In this document: positions 63,852 to 64,000 of the stretch, piece after piece
Layout of the letters: each line of letters opens with the position of its first letter
Numbering within the stretch: the stretch's first letter is position 1
Assembly: GCF_963921235.1 (NCBI RefSeq)
Contig: NC_086108.1
Span: forward strand, 36,272,001 to 36,336,000
Direction: 5' to 3'
Origin: Mobula hypostoma
Taxonomy: Eukaryota
Length of the DNA: 64,000 nt
Notes under the pieces: model-generated
What the model saw: the letters and a program-made list of their open reading frames with translations, nothing else
The model's database searches: none
Told to the model about the DNA's origin: nothing
Position numbers and translations under genes: made by a program

Positions 63852-64000
63852 GTACCTCTTCCTGGAGATGCTGCCTGGCCTGCTGCATTCACCAGCAACT
63901 TTGATGGGTGTTGCTTGAATTTCCAGCATCTGCAGAATTCCTGTTGTTTGCAGAAGATTAATTTACAGGTTGAGTCTGTGGTAAAGAAGGCAAATGCAAT

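Larger units (their letters stand above)
62670..63949. mobile_element. Young Penelope-like insertion: 3' fragment (GIY-YIG + terminal repeat) preceded by an inverted copy, 14-bp TSD
   Basis: TSD GCAGAAGATTAATT (62656-62669, 63950-63963); GIY-YIG FTCESAGVIYCVRCSRCG..IGETRRRLGDRFAEH...RLEEQHLIFRLGSLQP.GMN; arms 62670-63180 and 63352-63862 are inverted. Confidence 0.93.
62190..64000 (+). mobile_element. CR1 RT fragment interrupted by a Penelope insertion; runs off the window
   Basis: GSVLGPLLFTLFV.DLD...DDTKIG...LQLDLD.L..W; resumes after 63963 as LQVESVVKKANA. Confidence 0.85.

Overview
Eukaryotic, AT-rich vertebrate genomic DNA. The repeat families (CR1 with SGNH-esterase ORF1, V-SINE-like SINEs, Penelope-like elements) point to a cartilaginous fish, probably a ray; this is inference. 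One host protein-coding gene is recognisable: B3GALT2 (single coding exon, 15182-16453, minus strand), with a plausible polyA signal and candidate 5'-UTR exons, including a 17-nt microexon. In other vertebrates B3GALT2 is nested antisense in a long CDC73 intron; I found no canonical CDC73 exon here, so the whole window may be intronic. The rest is mostly transposable elements: a near full-length CR1, a full-length L1 with a 17-bp TSD and only three nonsense mutations, Rex1/Babar-like LINEs, a deleted hAT-Charlie, two Tigger derivatives, a Harbinger-type MITE, a Gypsy remnant, a solo LTR, an L2 fragment and many Penelope-derived repeats carrying minimal hammerhead-ribozyme motifs. The most interesting observations are the hammerheads in a 511-bp inverted-repeat Penelope insertion, the SRRM4-type microexon that would switch a uORF frame in the B3GALT2 leader, and a possible cryptic plus-strand exon at about 44.36 kb. 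Boundaries of degraded repeats are approximate. No database searches were possible.
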